Shown here piece by piece: positions 1-9,327 of a DNA stretch of 64,000 nucleotides. The stretch covers positions 310,001-374,000 of the forward strand of contig CBFFSA010000006.1 of the NCBI GenBank assembly GCA_965644495.1, given 5' to 3'. This DNA comes from Perkinsela sp. CCAP 1560/9 (Eukaryota; Protista; Euglenozoa: Kinetoplastea). A model generated the notes under the pieces. That model had not been told where the DNA came from. It ran no database searches and saw only the letters and a list, made by a program, of their open reading frames with translations. Made by a program: the position numbers and the translations under genes. Numbering within the stretch: position 1 is the stretch's first letter; every line of letters begins with the position of its first letter.

Positions 1-4
1 ATCT

Positions 5-1126
5 ATGTATGGTCTTGGAAAGGAGCTGTTTGCAAGTACCCGTGAGGTTGTACTAGACAATTTTCGATATTTTCTAGAAGAATGTGAACATCCTCAAGGC
101 ATACAGTTCTTTACAGAGGCAGACTCGATTTTTGGCGGTTTGCTCCCCGCCCTGACTGAAGCGGTTCAGGATGAAATCGGTCCCCTTGCCTTTATCGTGC
201 GCGGTTCGATTAGGCCTTCTGTCACAGAGGTGTCTTCACATAATATTGTCTCGGAGATTAACGAGAGAAGTCTCATGCAGACTGAAATCGCGCGGTGGAT
301 GAGTGCTGTTGAAATGAATAACTGCTCCACTCTGTATATGCCGATAGATCTCACAGCTTATGATGGGAAGATAGATGTGCTTCCCGGGTATACAAATCAC
401 ATGATTGACACTACCCTGTCCAATGAATGGTTCTTACCATCGCTACTTGCTATTCCCTATCAAGTTGCGATGGATTGTAATTTAGGCCGGGAGCGTGCGA
501 CCGTACTGACACCTGGCTTGCCGAGCCGCCGTGTTTCATGCTTTCACGAGGTCGCTCATCAGTTGCAGTATTCTTCCAGCACTCGTATTCTACATTTGGA
601 CATGGCTTTTCCTCATCCTCGTGATTTATCTCACATTCGCCATGGTTCGAGAAAGGCAGAAGACTTTTTTCATTATTCATCTTTCAACTGTAGACCTAAA
701 ACAGAGCAGACATACTCTCAATTGTGGTCAAGTAGGGGAATTGAAACATCTGTCATGGAAATAGAACATGTCCTGCGATCGCGGCAATATGCACAGACTT
801 ATAGTCCGAAACGAGCAATATACATTTCTGCACAACCCTATCCTTTGCATCCACTAACCCCTTCGAAGTTTTTGGGTCTCGAATCAAATGCAGATCTCTC
901 GTCCCTGAAGTTCAGTGAAGTTCCAGTTGCAGTCTGTGGCACAATGGGTTCCCAAACTGCTACATGGGTGAAAGAGTTGGCCGATGCTATCAATGGTTTG
1001 AGAAAAAACTCTTCTTTGCGGCGTAGCATCACTGGTCGAACGTACCCATATATGGAGCACGATGATTGGGTGGGATTGTTTGAGCACAGTGATGCGCTTA
1101 TTGATGACTACAGTTCTACACATTGA
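5..1126 (+). CDS. MSTO1: Misato/DML1 tubulin-like protein (probably 5'-truncated by the window edge)
   Basis: FRYFLEECEHPQGIQFFTEADSIFGGL resembles the Misato segment R.F.EECD.LQGFQ...D...GF.G. The frame is open to the window start. Confidence 0.75.
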   Translation: MYGLGKELFASTREVVLDNFRYFLEECEHPQGIQFFTEADSIFGGLLPALTEAVQDEIGPLAFIVRGSIRPSVTEVSSHNIVSEINERSLMQTEIARWMSAVEMNNCSTLYMPIDLTAYDGKIDVLPGYTNHMIDTTLSNEWFLPSLLAIPYQVAMDCNLGRERATVLTPGLPSRRVSCFHEVAHQLQYSSSTRILHLDMAFPHPRDLSHIRHGSRKAEDFFHYSSFNCRPKTEQTYSQLWSSRGIETSVMEIEHVLRSRQYAQTYSPKRAIYISAQPYPLHPLTPSKFLGLESNADLSSLKFSEVPVAVCGTMGSQTATWVKELADAINGLRKNSSLRRSITGRTYPYMEHDDWVGLFEHSDALIDDYSSTH

Positions 1127-1379
1127 TAGATTTCACGTCATACGAATGTATCAAACTTGTACAAGCATAAAAAAATTACTGTTTTGCATAATACAACGTT
1201 ATCTTATTCACTAATGCACAAGCATGCGATCTAGGCAGCATAGAAATAGTACATTTAGACGTGCATCATAGAGTAAAAGACTATGATAAAATGATGAATC
1301 TTTTTGTGTGTTTTATACTCAAATTCGTAGATTTTAGAATAGTTGAGGGTTTTCAAGCTTACGTTATTTTGGGTATGGA

Positions 1380-4300
1380 ATGAGTCGGAGCATTGCCCTG
1401 AACCTTGGGACACTAGGTGTCTGCTTGATTAGTCATCTGTTATCATGTGGTGTGTCTTGCGCGGAAAATTATAAAAATATCTTTGAAACACTAGAGGGCT
1501 TCCATACGACGCACGAAACTTTGGATTCCACGCACGAATTCTTACATTCCGATGCAGCAACGGGTCGTCATACTTCATTGCGATACAATGTCACGAAATG
1601 CGATTCGCAGCGTTATCATACCCTTGTTGACGTTGAACGACTCTATTGTCATCATTCAGGACACGCAGAAATTCAATTTAAAAGCCAGTCAAGTCTTTCA
1701 AATTTTCTAGAGCAAGTATCTCCGGGCACAGTTTTGATGTCTCATCACAGTCTGAAGTGTCAATCAAGTGGTGATCATGTCTTATTCCGTGTACAGAGTA
1801 TCGAGCTTCATCCAGAAAAGGAATGTCAAGTAGAGGTAATCGGGAACGAACTGCAGCCATTTGAGATCTTTCGGCACGCTGAAGTTGAGTTCGCCACCAA
1901 TATGGCACATGCGCCCCCAAGTTCACAGCGTAAAGTCGAAAGCAAGTGTGGAAATCGTGCAAATTGGTACATGCCTGAGTTCCTAAGCGCCAATCCAATC
2001 CACCCTAACAATGACGCGGGTTCTTTTGGACCCTCTCAAGTTATGCAGCACATGAGTCATCCCGTGAATGCAATGCAGAGTATTCTTCGTCGTAGCCACT
2101 CAGTTGGTATGAGTAAGCTGACTGAATCTAACCTTACCGACAGTGTGTTAGGCAATCTCACCAACGGTGAAGCAGATATCGATCAGCTGAGCTTTGCTGG
2201 ATCTTGGAAAGTACCTTTTCCCTCTGATGTACTCTATATTTTTGCGAGTACGCCTCGTATGTTGTGTAAGGAGTGCTCCATACAACTATCCCCTACGATT
2301 AGATTTCGACTGCACATAAGAGACTATCAACTCGTGGAGTTTACACTCATCATGGAGTCGGTTGTGTATTTTAGTGTGGTTCCGTACATTGACTTTGATG
2401 CTATGCAAAAGTCATTTGCAAAAGATCTTGCTAAAATAACGCTACCCAGTGTACTGTTCACGGTAGGTGGGGTTCCCGTTGAATTGCAACCAAACATTAA
2501 CTTGAGCACTTTTCTTGGGGTGCGTGCTAACGTAAAAGCTCGGGTAGGCTTCACGGTGGGTGTCTTTGGACATTTGAGAGGTGGGATTGCGTACGATCAG
2601 GTTAGCGGATTTCGATCTCCCTCCGCGGCCAAATTTGAAGCCGTACCACATGACTATGACTTTCGCATCGGGTCTCGCTGCCGGAGGTACGATGGTGCAC
2701 TCCTGCACGATATAGCTAATGTAGAAGAATGCGCTGCGTCGTGCGAACAGGATGCAAATTGTAAACACTTTCAGTTTGACCACACCGAACGGACTTGTGC
2801 GCTCAGTCGTGAGTGTGAGCTATTGTCCTCCCCTGATAGTGTGTTGTCGACGTTTTCATACTCACCTTGGGTTCGTCCCGATCCGCATCCAACGCTCTCT
2901 GCCATACTTTACCCAGCGATTATGCCTGAACTGAGCCTGGTCATTAATCGAATCGGTGGTCCCAACTTAGCACTTTGCGCTGGAACCAGTGTAACGGTAT
3001 TTGCCCTGAATACTACAACCTTGTGCTCAGTTACATCTGTAAACACCGAAATTGACTTTCTGATAGGAGGTAGTTTATACTTGCGCATCGGCGGACATAC
3101 GCTGATTAATCGAGAGGAGTATCTTAATCCAATATACACGGTGACCGTTCCGATACAAGGAGCTGTGAAGTATTGCTACGATGATATACGACGCTCTTTT
3201 CTGCCACCAAAGGCCTCACCTCCGGAAGTGCCGGAGCCCCCACCCATTTTCAAGGTCACGCAAACAAAGTTTCCATCCTCGGATAGCACTTGGAACAAAA
3301 TAATCGCATCTACTAAATTTTTTGGTAACGCTCTCATGTCGTTATTCTCAGTATTTGACCCTACTCAGAGGGCGGCAGAACAGCAGTCATTGAACTCTAC
3401 AGCGATTCAACCATACCTTATGAACTTTTCGAATCCGCAACTTGGTAGTTATCCAAAAGTTCTACAAAGTGAGTCAGTTAACCTCATGTCAAGTAGCAGC
3501 TTGTTGCCCGATCAATCACCAAAAAATGTTTATTCCGATCAAGCGTTTTTCAGCGAATTGAAGAGTTCTTTTCTGGTTGAAAAGGTCGAAGATGAATTTG
3601 AAATTATTACATCTGAACAGTGCGAACATCAGCTTCCTCGCATGTCTCAAGCTCTATCTTTAGGAGATTCGTGGATGGGTTTATGTGAGAGCTTTCCATA
3701 CCGTGTGGAAGTTCGTCTCATCTACATCGGTGGTAGTTCGAATCAATTTTCTTTTGTTGTTTCAGTGTTCGATGGGACAACAACGCAAACATCTAGATCT
3801 CGATATTCTTTCAAGGAACAAAAAGCTTCTGAGACCACCAAAGTCATCCTACGACGCCTATCCGACACAGAATCTCACAGCAATAGTTCCTACATTTTCT
3901 TTGGTAGTGAACTCTCGCTGCGAGTTGTCGAGAATGATATGTTGATTCTGGATCAGGCCCCGATAGTCTTGTCTGCCTGTTCGGATGTACTCATGCGGAA
4001 AACGGAAAGTTTGGACTACATGGAACAAGGGAGCGTCCTTCATTTAGGACAAACTTTAGATTCTGGTCTCACACGCCTTACATTGAGCAGCCGGGGACTT
4101 GCAATTGAAACAAACTACGACAAAAATGATCCACACCATTTGCAATACTGGGAACAGAACGAAGGAGGGATCCCATTAAACGACAACTCGTCCAATGCGC
4201 TTTGGTTTTACCCGAAAAATGTAACTAACCCTGACATAAATCGCCTATATTTTGACACTGAAGGTAAGGTGCGGCTCTTAAATTCGAAAGGGAAAACGCG

Positions 4301-5900
4301 ATATATTTTAAACCCTCCTTATGCATTGGGCGGACGATACTTGGTCTTGAATAATTGTTCTCTAGCGATTTATCGGGATTTGCCTTTCTTGAAACCATTA
4401 TGGGAGATTCGCGTAGCAGGGTGTCAGGAAAGTGGTCTAGTCAATGGCCATCGCGTATCTTTACGCCGATTGCCTCGTCAGAACACTAACATGCTGCACT
4501 TAGGTCAATGTGCATTTTCGAATTTGGATATCGAATCTCGGTCGCAGAATTCAGAGCAAGAGCCTTTAGATCTCAAAGATCTCGTTGCGCGCCCTTCTAC
4601 CGATCACATGGCTTTGTGCCTTCACCATGATGGCAATGTAGTTCTTACATCAAGAATGACCGGCGACATCCTATGGCAATCCAACACCAGTGGCGCTGGT
4701 GGAAATGTGCTCATGCGAAAAGAAAATTATATCGAGATTCATCACATCGACGAAGGTCCAGAGCGCAAATCAAGTCGCATTTGGTTATCTCATCATGTTT
4801 CTTGGATGTCTCATTTCCCTGGTTTAAGCATAAACACCGGTAACATCGCTTCAACCACAATGGCAAAGCCTATGATGCCCTTAATGTACACGCGATATCC
4901 TTTTCGTGATCGGTTTTGGATGTCAGTTGGCGATGCGCTCTACCCCGGGCAAACCATAATATCGTCTAGGACAATGTTAATCCATCAGTTGGATGGCAAT
5001 GTTGTACTTTACGAGAAAAAGACTCGTCGAAAACTATGGAGTACGAACAATGTTGCGGAAAATACTACTGCTTTCGCATTGCAAAACGACGGTACACTGG
5101 CTCTTTATGCAAGTACTGAGCAGAACTCTTCACGTGTGAGAAAACTTTTTGATGCTTTTCCTGTAGCAAATCGCAGAACTGGATTTCGGGTGAAGTGGTT
5201 AGTCCTAGAGGACGATTGCCGACTTTTGGCACGCGGACTGGATGCTGAAGGAAAAATTTCATCCCAGTATTTGAGCAATGAAACGTGTTCCAGTACCGAA
5301 GGCTTAACTCACAACAGTGCGGAAGCCTTTTTTCATCCGAATTTCGCAGCCAATCTTGATACCTCCGGTATTCTTGAATCCGACGAGTACCTGCATTACG
5401 GTGAGACCATGTTTTCCACAAAGACTTGTACTGCTCTTCAATTGCTTCCTAGTGGCACGGTGTACTACAGCTCTCTTGGTTTGAAGCGTAAAATACTGCT
5501 CAATTTCACATTTACTCTGCCAGGGGGGGTGCCTCCCATTGCCATTCAAGCGAATGAAAACTTAAAGAATCCTACGGATATTTTTGCAAAGAATAATGTA
5601 AAGCAATACGCCGGATCGGTAGAAACTAAGAACTCCACAACTAGGCGTTTGAATAGTATCAAATTAGGTAAAAGCTGTGTGTGGCTAATAGAGCAGCAGG
5701 ACCGCACACAAAGAGAATTGCCGCTTTGGCAAAATGCGAAGACATGCCCATCGTTCTCGGTAGATATTTTTAGCCCTCCTAAAAAACAAAGTGTGCCTTC
5801 ACAGAATCTTCTACCTCTTCCCATACAATGTGCACTTAAATCCTATAGAGTGGGTATCTTCCATGCAAATTCCACCTCTGTTACACCCGCGGGAACCTGA
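1380..5900 (+). CDS. Large putative secreted/surface protein with a PAN/apple domain and several bulb-type (B-type, mannose-binding) lectin repeats
   Basis: Hydrophobic N-terminal signal-like segment. PAN-like Cys pattern CRRY...EECAASCEQDANCKHFQF....TCAL at ~2679-2820. Bulb-lectin motifs QLDGNVVLY (exact QxDxNxVxY), LHHDGNVVL..LWQSNT and LQNDGTLALY at ~4600-5110. Confidence 0.75.
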   Translation: MSRSIALNLGTLGVCLISHLLSCGVSCAENYKNIFETLEGFHTTHETLDSTHEFLHSDAATGRHTSLRYNVTKCDSQRYHTLVDVERLYCHHSGHAEIQFKSQSSLSNFLEQVSPGTVLMSHHSLKCQSSGDHVLFRVQSIELHPEKECQVEVIGNELQPFEIFRHAEVEFATNMAHAPPSSQRKVESKCGNRANWYMPEFLSANPIHPNNDAGSFGPSQVMQHMSHPVNAMQSILRRSHSVGMSKLTESNLTDSVLGNLTNGEADIDQLSFAGSWKVPFPSDVLYIFASTPRMLCKECSIQLSPTIRFRLHIRDYQLVEFTLIMESVVYFSVVPYIDFDAMQKSFAKDLAKITLPSVLFTVGGVPVELQPNINLSTFLGVRANVKARVGFTVGVFGHLRGGIAYDQVSGFRSPSAAKFEAVPHDYDFRIGSRCRRYDGALLHDIANVEECAASCEQDANCKHFQFDHTERTCALSRECELLSSPDSVLSTFSYSPWVRPDPHPTLSAILYPAIMPELSLVINRIGGPNLALCAGTSVTVFALNTTTLCSVTSVNTEIDFLIGGSLYLRIGGHTLINREEYLNPIYTVTVPIQGAVKYCYDDIRRSFLPPKASPPEVPEPPPIFKVTQTKFPSSDSTWNKIIASTKFFGNALMSLFSVFDPTQRAAEQQSLNSTAIQPYLMNFSNPQLGSYPKVLQSESVNLMSSSSLLPDQSPKNVYSDQAFFSELKSSFLVEKVEDEFEIITSEQCEHQLPRMSQALSLGDSWMGLCESFPYRVEVRLIYIGGSSNQFSFVVSVFDGTTTQTSRSRYSFKEQKASETTKVILRRLSDTESHSNSSYIFFGSELSLRVVENDMLILDQAPIVLSACSDVLMRKTESLDYMEQGSVLHLGQTLDSGLTRLTLSSRGLAIETNYDKNDPHHLQYWEQNEGGIPLNDNSSNALWFYPKNVTNPDINRLYFDTEGKVRLLNSKGKTRYILNPPYALGGRYLVLNNCSLAIYRDLPFLKPLWEIRVAGCQESGLVNGHRVSLRRLPRQNTNMLHLGQCAFSNLDIESRSQNSEQEPLDLKDLVARPSTDHMALCLHHDGNVVLTSRMTGDILWQSNTSGAGGNVLMRKENYIEIHHIDEGPERKSSRIWLSHHVSWMSHFPGLSINTGNIASTTMAKPMMPLMYTRYPFRDRFWMSVGDALYPGQTIISSRTMLIHQLDGNVVLYEKKTRRKLWSTNNVAENTTAFALQNDGTLALYASTEQNSSRVRKLFDAFPVANRRTGFRVKWLVLEDDCRLLARGLDAEGKISSQYLSNETCSSTEGLTHNSAEAFFHPNFAANLDTSGILESDEYLHYGETMFSTKTCTALQLLPSGTVYYSSLGLKRKILLNFTFTLPGGVPPIAIQANENLKNPTDIFAKNNVKQYAGSVETKNSTTRRLNSIKLGKSCVWLIEQQDRTQRELPLWQNAKTCPSFSVDIFSPPKKQSVPSQNLLPLPIQCALKSYRVGIFHANSTSVTPAGT

Positions 5901-6363
5901 CATAGAAATGTCCTTATGCATCAAGTTTTAGCTTACTAGATTTCATTCACTTTCGCGTCATATTGTCTTTCAGTTCCATCTTTCAGTTATTTACCCTTAG
6001 GTTATCTGGGCGTACTTTGACGTATAAAGTCTAAACATTCTACAGACGTATTTTATAAGTAACCCTTTAAGCGTGAAAATAATTTTTGGCTCGCAAACTA
6101 TTTTCCGCGAGATTCTTATTGTTTAAAGGGATTTCTAAATGATTGACGTTTTCTAATTGACCATTCGTTCAAGACTATATACATCATTATTACCTTTGCT
6201 GGCGATCTTTCATGATGTTTATTGTGTCGTAAATTTGTATTATAAACAGAACGATTCATGTTAATTGCTGTTTACCCTTTCAAAGCCCTTTTCATGCTGC
6301 ATTCTCGTGTGGCCGTGATGTCCTGTGTAATTAGGCGGGGTGGTTTACCCTTATCTCATTAGA

Positions 6364-7488
6364 ATGCGCACCGAAGATCTGGATGACGATGCGTGGGCTA
6401 CAACAAGTGATGAGAATTCTAGAGAATCGATTTTAGATGACGAACACTGCTTTTATCACTATAAAGACATATCAATTACTCAATGGGCAGAAAAATATCC
6501 AAATTTGACAGACGCATCAAGGAGTACACATCGTCGGGTGGGGGACATTCTGCTTAAAAGTGATAACGAATTAGCAAAGAATATATTTCAGAACATCGTT
6601 CGAGTAGCATCCTTTAAATTCGAAGATTTCGTTCTCATTCTTAATACCCTTTGGGCGATTTTACGTCTTTTCTCGACAGATTATACTATTTGGGCCTACA
6701 GGCGCTGTGTACTGAAAAGGTACATAAAGCATTTATCGAATGCTAACTCGCCAGGCTTCATCCGCACATTGCTTTGTGATGAGCTCGAAATGTCTAAACG
6801 AAGTGCGGAAAGAACGCCTAAAAACTTTCAGATATGGAACGATCGCAAGGAACTTATTCAGCTTTTTGAGCTCAAAGCATTAGTTAGCTGCAGCATGGAC
6901 ATAGAGTCGCTCATCCATGCAGAAAAAGTTTTGTGCACACAACTGCTCGAAATGGATCCGAAAAACTACCATGTATGGTCATACCGAAAATGGTGCGTAC
7001 AACAGTACGATTCGACTGCCGGTGAACTGGATTACACCACACGGCTCATACAGCAAGATGTGTTCAATAATTCGGCCTGGACGTATCGATATTTTTTGAT
7101 AACCTCTAATTTTAATATTTTATGTACCAACTTCAATAAAGAAATAGCAAGAGTAATCAGGAGTCTATGCGTTGCACCTGGGAATGAATCTTCTCTGTCA
7201 TACGCTTTGGGACTGTGCATGGATAGATCTCAAAGCACCTACAATATTGAAAAGTGTCGACATTTCTATGAATGCTTAAAAAATTTCTGGAAAGGTGAGA
7301 AAATCTGTCACATTCATGAAGAGTTCTTGAATATCGAAGTCAAAACTGAGACAGATCGTTCTAATGAAGCAATCCTTTGGATGCTTCATGATTTGGCAAA
7401 AATACTGAATCTTTCAGACAGCACTTCATATTACGCTCAGATGCTTTGCGTAGAAAACAGTTTACATGCATCATTTTGGCTACCCTAA
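6364..7488 (+). CDS. FNTA: Protein farnesyltransferase/geranylgeranyltransferase-I alpha subunit
   Basis: PPTA repeats DYTIWAYRR, PKNFQIWNDR, PKNYHVWSYR, DVFNNSAWTYR, APGNESSLSY. First ATG is at 6364 (the ORF track starts at GTG 6340). Confidence 0.85.
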   Translation: MRTEDLDDDAWATTSDENSRESILDDEHCFYHYKDISITQWAEKYPNLTDASRSTHRRVGDILLKSDNELAKNIFQNIVRVASFKFEDFVLILNTLWAILRLFSTDYTIWAYRRCVLKRYIKHLSNANSPGFIRTLLCDELEMSKRSAERTPKNFQIWNDRKELIQLFELKALVSCSMDIESLIHAEKVLCTQLLEMDPKNYHVWSYRKWCVQQYDSTAGELDYTTRLIQQDVFNNSAWTYRYFLITSNFNILCTNFNKEIARVIRSLCVAPGNESSLSYALGLCMDRSQSTYNIEKCRHFYECLKNFWKGEKICHIHEEFLNIEVKTETDRSNEAILWMLHDLAKILNLSDSTSYYAQMLCVENSLHASFWLP

Positions 7489-7514
7489 GAAAAACCGAAT
7501 GAAATAGTATGAAG

Positions 7515-8430
7515 AACCCTCTTCCTTTCCACCACTCCCCTATTTTCTTGCTCTCTCTACACCCCCACAAAAACAAAACATCACCCTCCCCCTACCCCAT
7601 ATACATGCCCCCTCCCCCCCATGTCTGACACCCCCCACCCCACCCTCCACCTCCTCTCCGGTACCGCCAACCCCGACCACGCGGTCTCCATCGCCCACGC
7701 CCTCTCCCTTCCCCCCCACCCCTGCCGCGTCTCCCGTTTCCCCAACGGTGAAATCGACATTGAGATTCTCACCGACCTCCACGGGGGGGACGCCTTTGTG
7801 GTCCAAAGCACCTGCGGCCCCGACCTCAATGCCGCGCTGATGGAGCTGCTGCTGCTGCACACCGCGAGGCTCTCCGGGGCGCGCCGGGTCACCGCGGTGG
7901 TCCCGTTTCTCGCCTACGCCCGACAGGACCGGCAGACGCGTCCCGGGGTGCCGATCTCCGCGAGTGCGGTCGCGCAGCTGATCCAGGCCATCGGGGTGGA
8001 TCGCCTCGTAACGGTGGATCTGCACTGCGGGCAAATCCAGGGGTTCTTTCGAAACCTCCCGGTGGATAACCTCTGTGTGGATGGACCGTTTGTGCGGTAC
8101 CTCAAAGGGCGGGGGTTCGACCCCGAGACCGCGGTGGTGGTGTCCCCGGATGCGGGAGGGGTGGAACGGGCGACCCGGGTCGCGAACCTGTTGTATGCCC
8201 GTCACGTGGTGACGATTTTAAAAAGGCGCACGGAGGCGAGTAAGGTGCACTCGATGCAGATGGTGGGGGAGGTGAGGGGGTACACGTGTTATGTGATTGA
8301 TGATATGGTGGATACGGGGTGTACGCTGGTGGGGGCGTCGAATTTGTTGCGCGCGAGGGGGGCGTGTGATGTCGTTGCGTGTGTGACGCATGGGATTTTC
8401 TCGGGGGATTGCTGTGAAACGCTGGAAAGG
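7515..8430. other. GC-skew switch island 1 (C-rich to G-rich; centre ~7900)
   Basis: C runs from 7515 (upstream of the PRS ATG) to ~7830; G/T runs ~8100-8430. Flanks return to about average composition. Confidence 0.85.
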
Positions 8431-8616
8431 TGTGAACCCTTGCGTGAGGTCGTTGTAACCGATAGCATACCCCAGCAGGAGCACCAAAAACGGTGTTCGA
8501 AATTAAAAGTTTTACCGTTGGGTCCATTACTCGCTGAAACTGTGCGCAGAATTAATTCAGAACAGTCAGTCGCAGATAGAACGGCGGTATTTAATCAACG
8601 GAATTCGCAATTGTAG
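7621..8616 (+). CDS. PRS: Ribose-phosphate pyrophosphokinase (PRPP synthetase)
   Basis: Motifs SRFPNGEI, FVVQST, PFLAYARQDR, TVDLHCGQIQGFF, VVSPDAGGVERA, IDDMVDTGCTL, THGIFSG. Confidence 0.97.
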   Translation: MSDTPHPTLHLLSGTANPDHAVSIAHALSLPPHPCRVSRFPNGEIDIEILTDLHGGDAFVVQSTCGPDLNAALMELLLLHTARLSGARRVTAVVPFLAYARQDRQTRPGVPISASAVAQLIQAIGVDRLVTVDLHCGQIQGFFRNLPVDNLCVDGPFVRYLKGRGFDPETAVVVSPDAGGVERATRVANLLYARHVVTILKRRTEASKVHSMQMVGEVRGYTCYVIDDMVDTGCTLVGASNLLRARGACDVVACVTHGIFSGDCCETLERCEPLREVVVTDSIPQQEHQKRCSKLKVLPLGPLLAETVRRINSEQSVADRTAVFNQRNSQL

Positions 8617-9180
8617 TTCTACTCTGATTGTATATGTAGGCCTCTTTCTTTCTGGTATCCTTGGGCCATTATCCATGGTTGCATTTCACAGGTTTTGCGA
8701 TGGGTACACACTCTTGTAAAAACAAGTTGGATCATGAAACTTTACTGGGCGTTGACGAAGCAGAATGGGGCATCAGAAAGTAACGTATTAGGTGTTGTAC
8801 CGGGCTAATCTCTAATCAGTGATCGGTTTTCGCAATATTAGGGATATTAACCCACAACGAAAAATGGGAGCCTTTCGCAGTTTTTCAGATTCATGTACTC
8901 ATGTATCTATTTCAGATTCAATACCTAAGAGACGGGCCATATTATGGATGAAACTTAAAATACGGCAATCTCAAAGCATCCCGAAATCAAAGTTTTAGAG
9001 TTTAACGCGCTTCTTGGTCGCACGTCATGTTTATACGAAGAAAATGAAAAATCTAGAATCCCGAACGTCGGAAAAACGCGAATTATAGAGGAATTATAGA
9101 AATATTTAGCATAACACTTCGTCCATTCTTTAATAATTTGGGTGACATTTATGCATGTACAGTATTCATTTTATTAATGT

Positions 9181-9240
9181 TCCTTGTCTCCCCATTTTTT
9201 ACTTTTTTTTTCGCACTACATTTCCCTCAATGAGAGTCAG
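9181..9240 (+). promoter_or_regulatory. Polypyrimidine tract with downstream AG (candidate SL trans-splicing acceptor for ASCC3)
   Basis: tccttgtctccccattttttactttttttttcgc... followed by AG dinucleotides about 90 nt before the ATG. This is the usual kinetoplastid arrangement. Confidence 0.5.
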
Positions 9241-9327
9241 AAATCTATGAGTCAGAATATAATTGAACCACATGCTGTTTATCTACAGAACGCCGAGAAT
9301 TAGGTGTTCCCACGAATCTCATTTTTG

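Noticed and set aside
7540-8527. Long antisense/alternate-frame ORFs over PRS (and likewise 25538-26050, 32146-32685, 35122-35773, 52091-52691)
   Set aside because: All coincide with GC-skew islands, where stop codons are depleted. They are low-complexity with no domain motifs and lie opposite or across well-supported genes.
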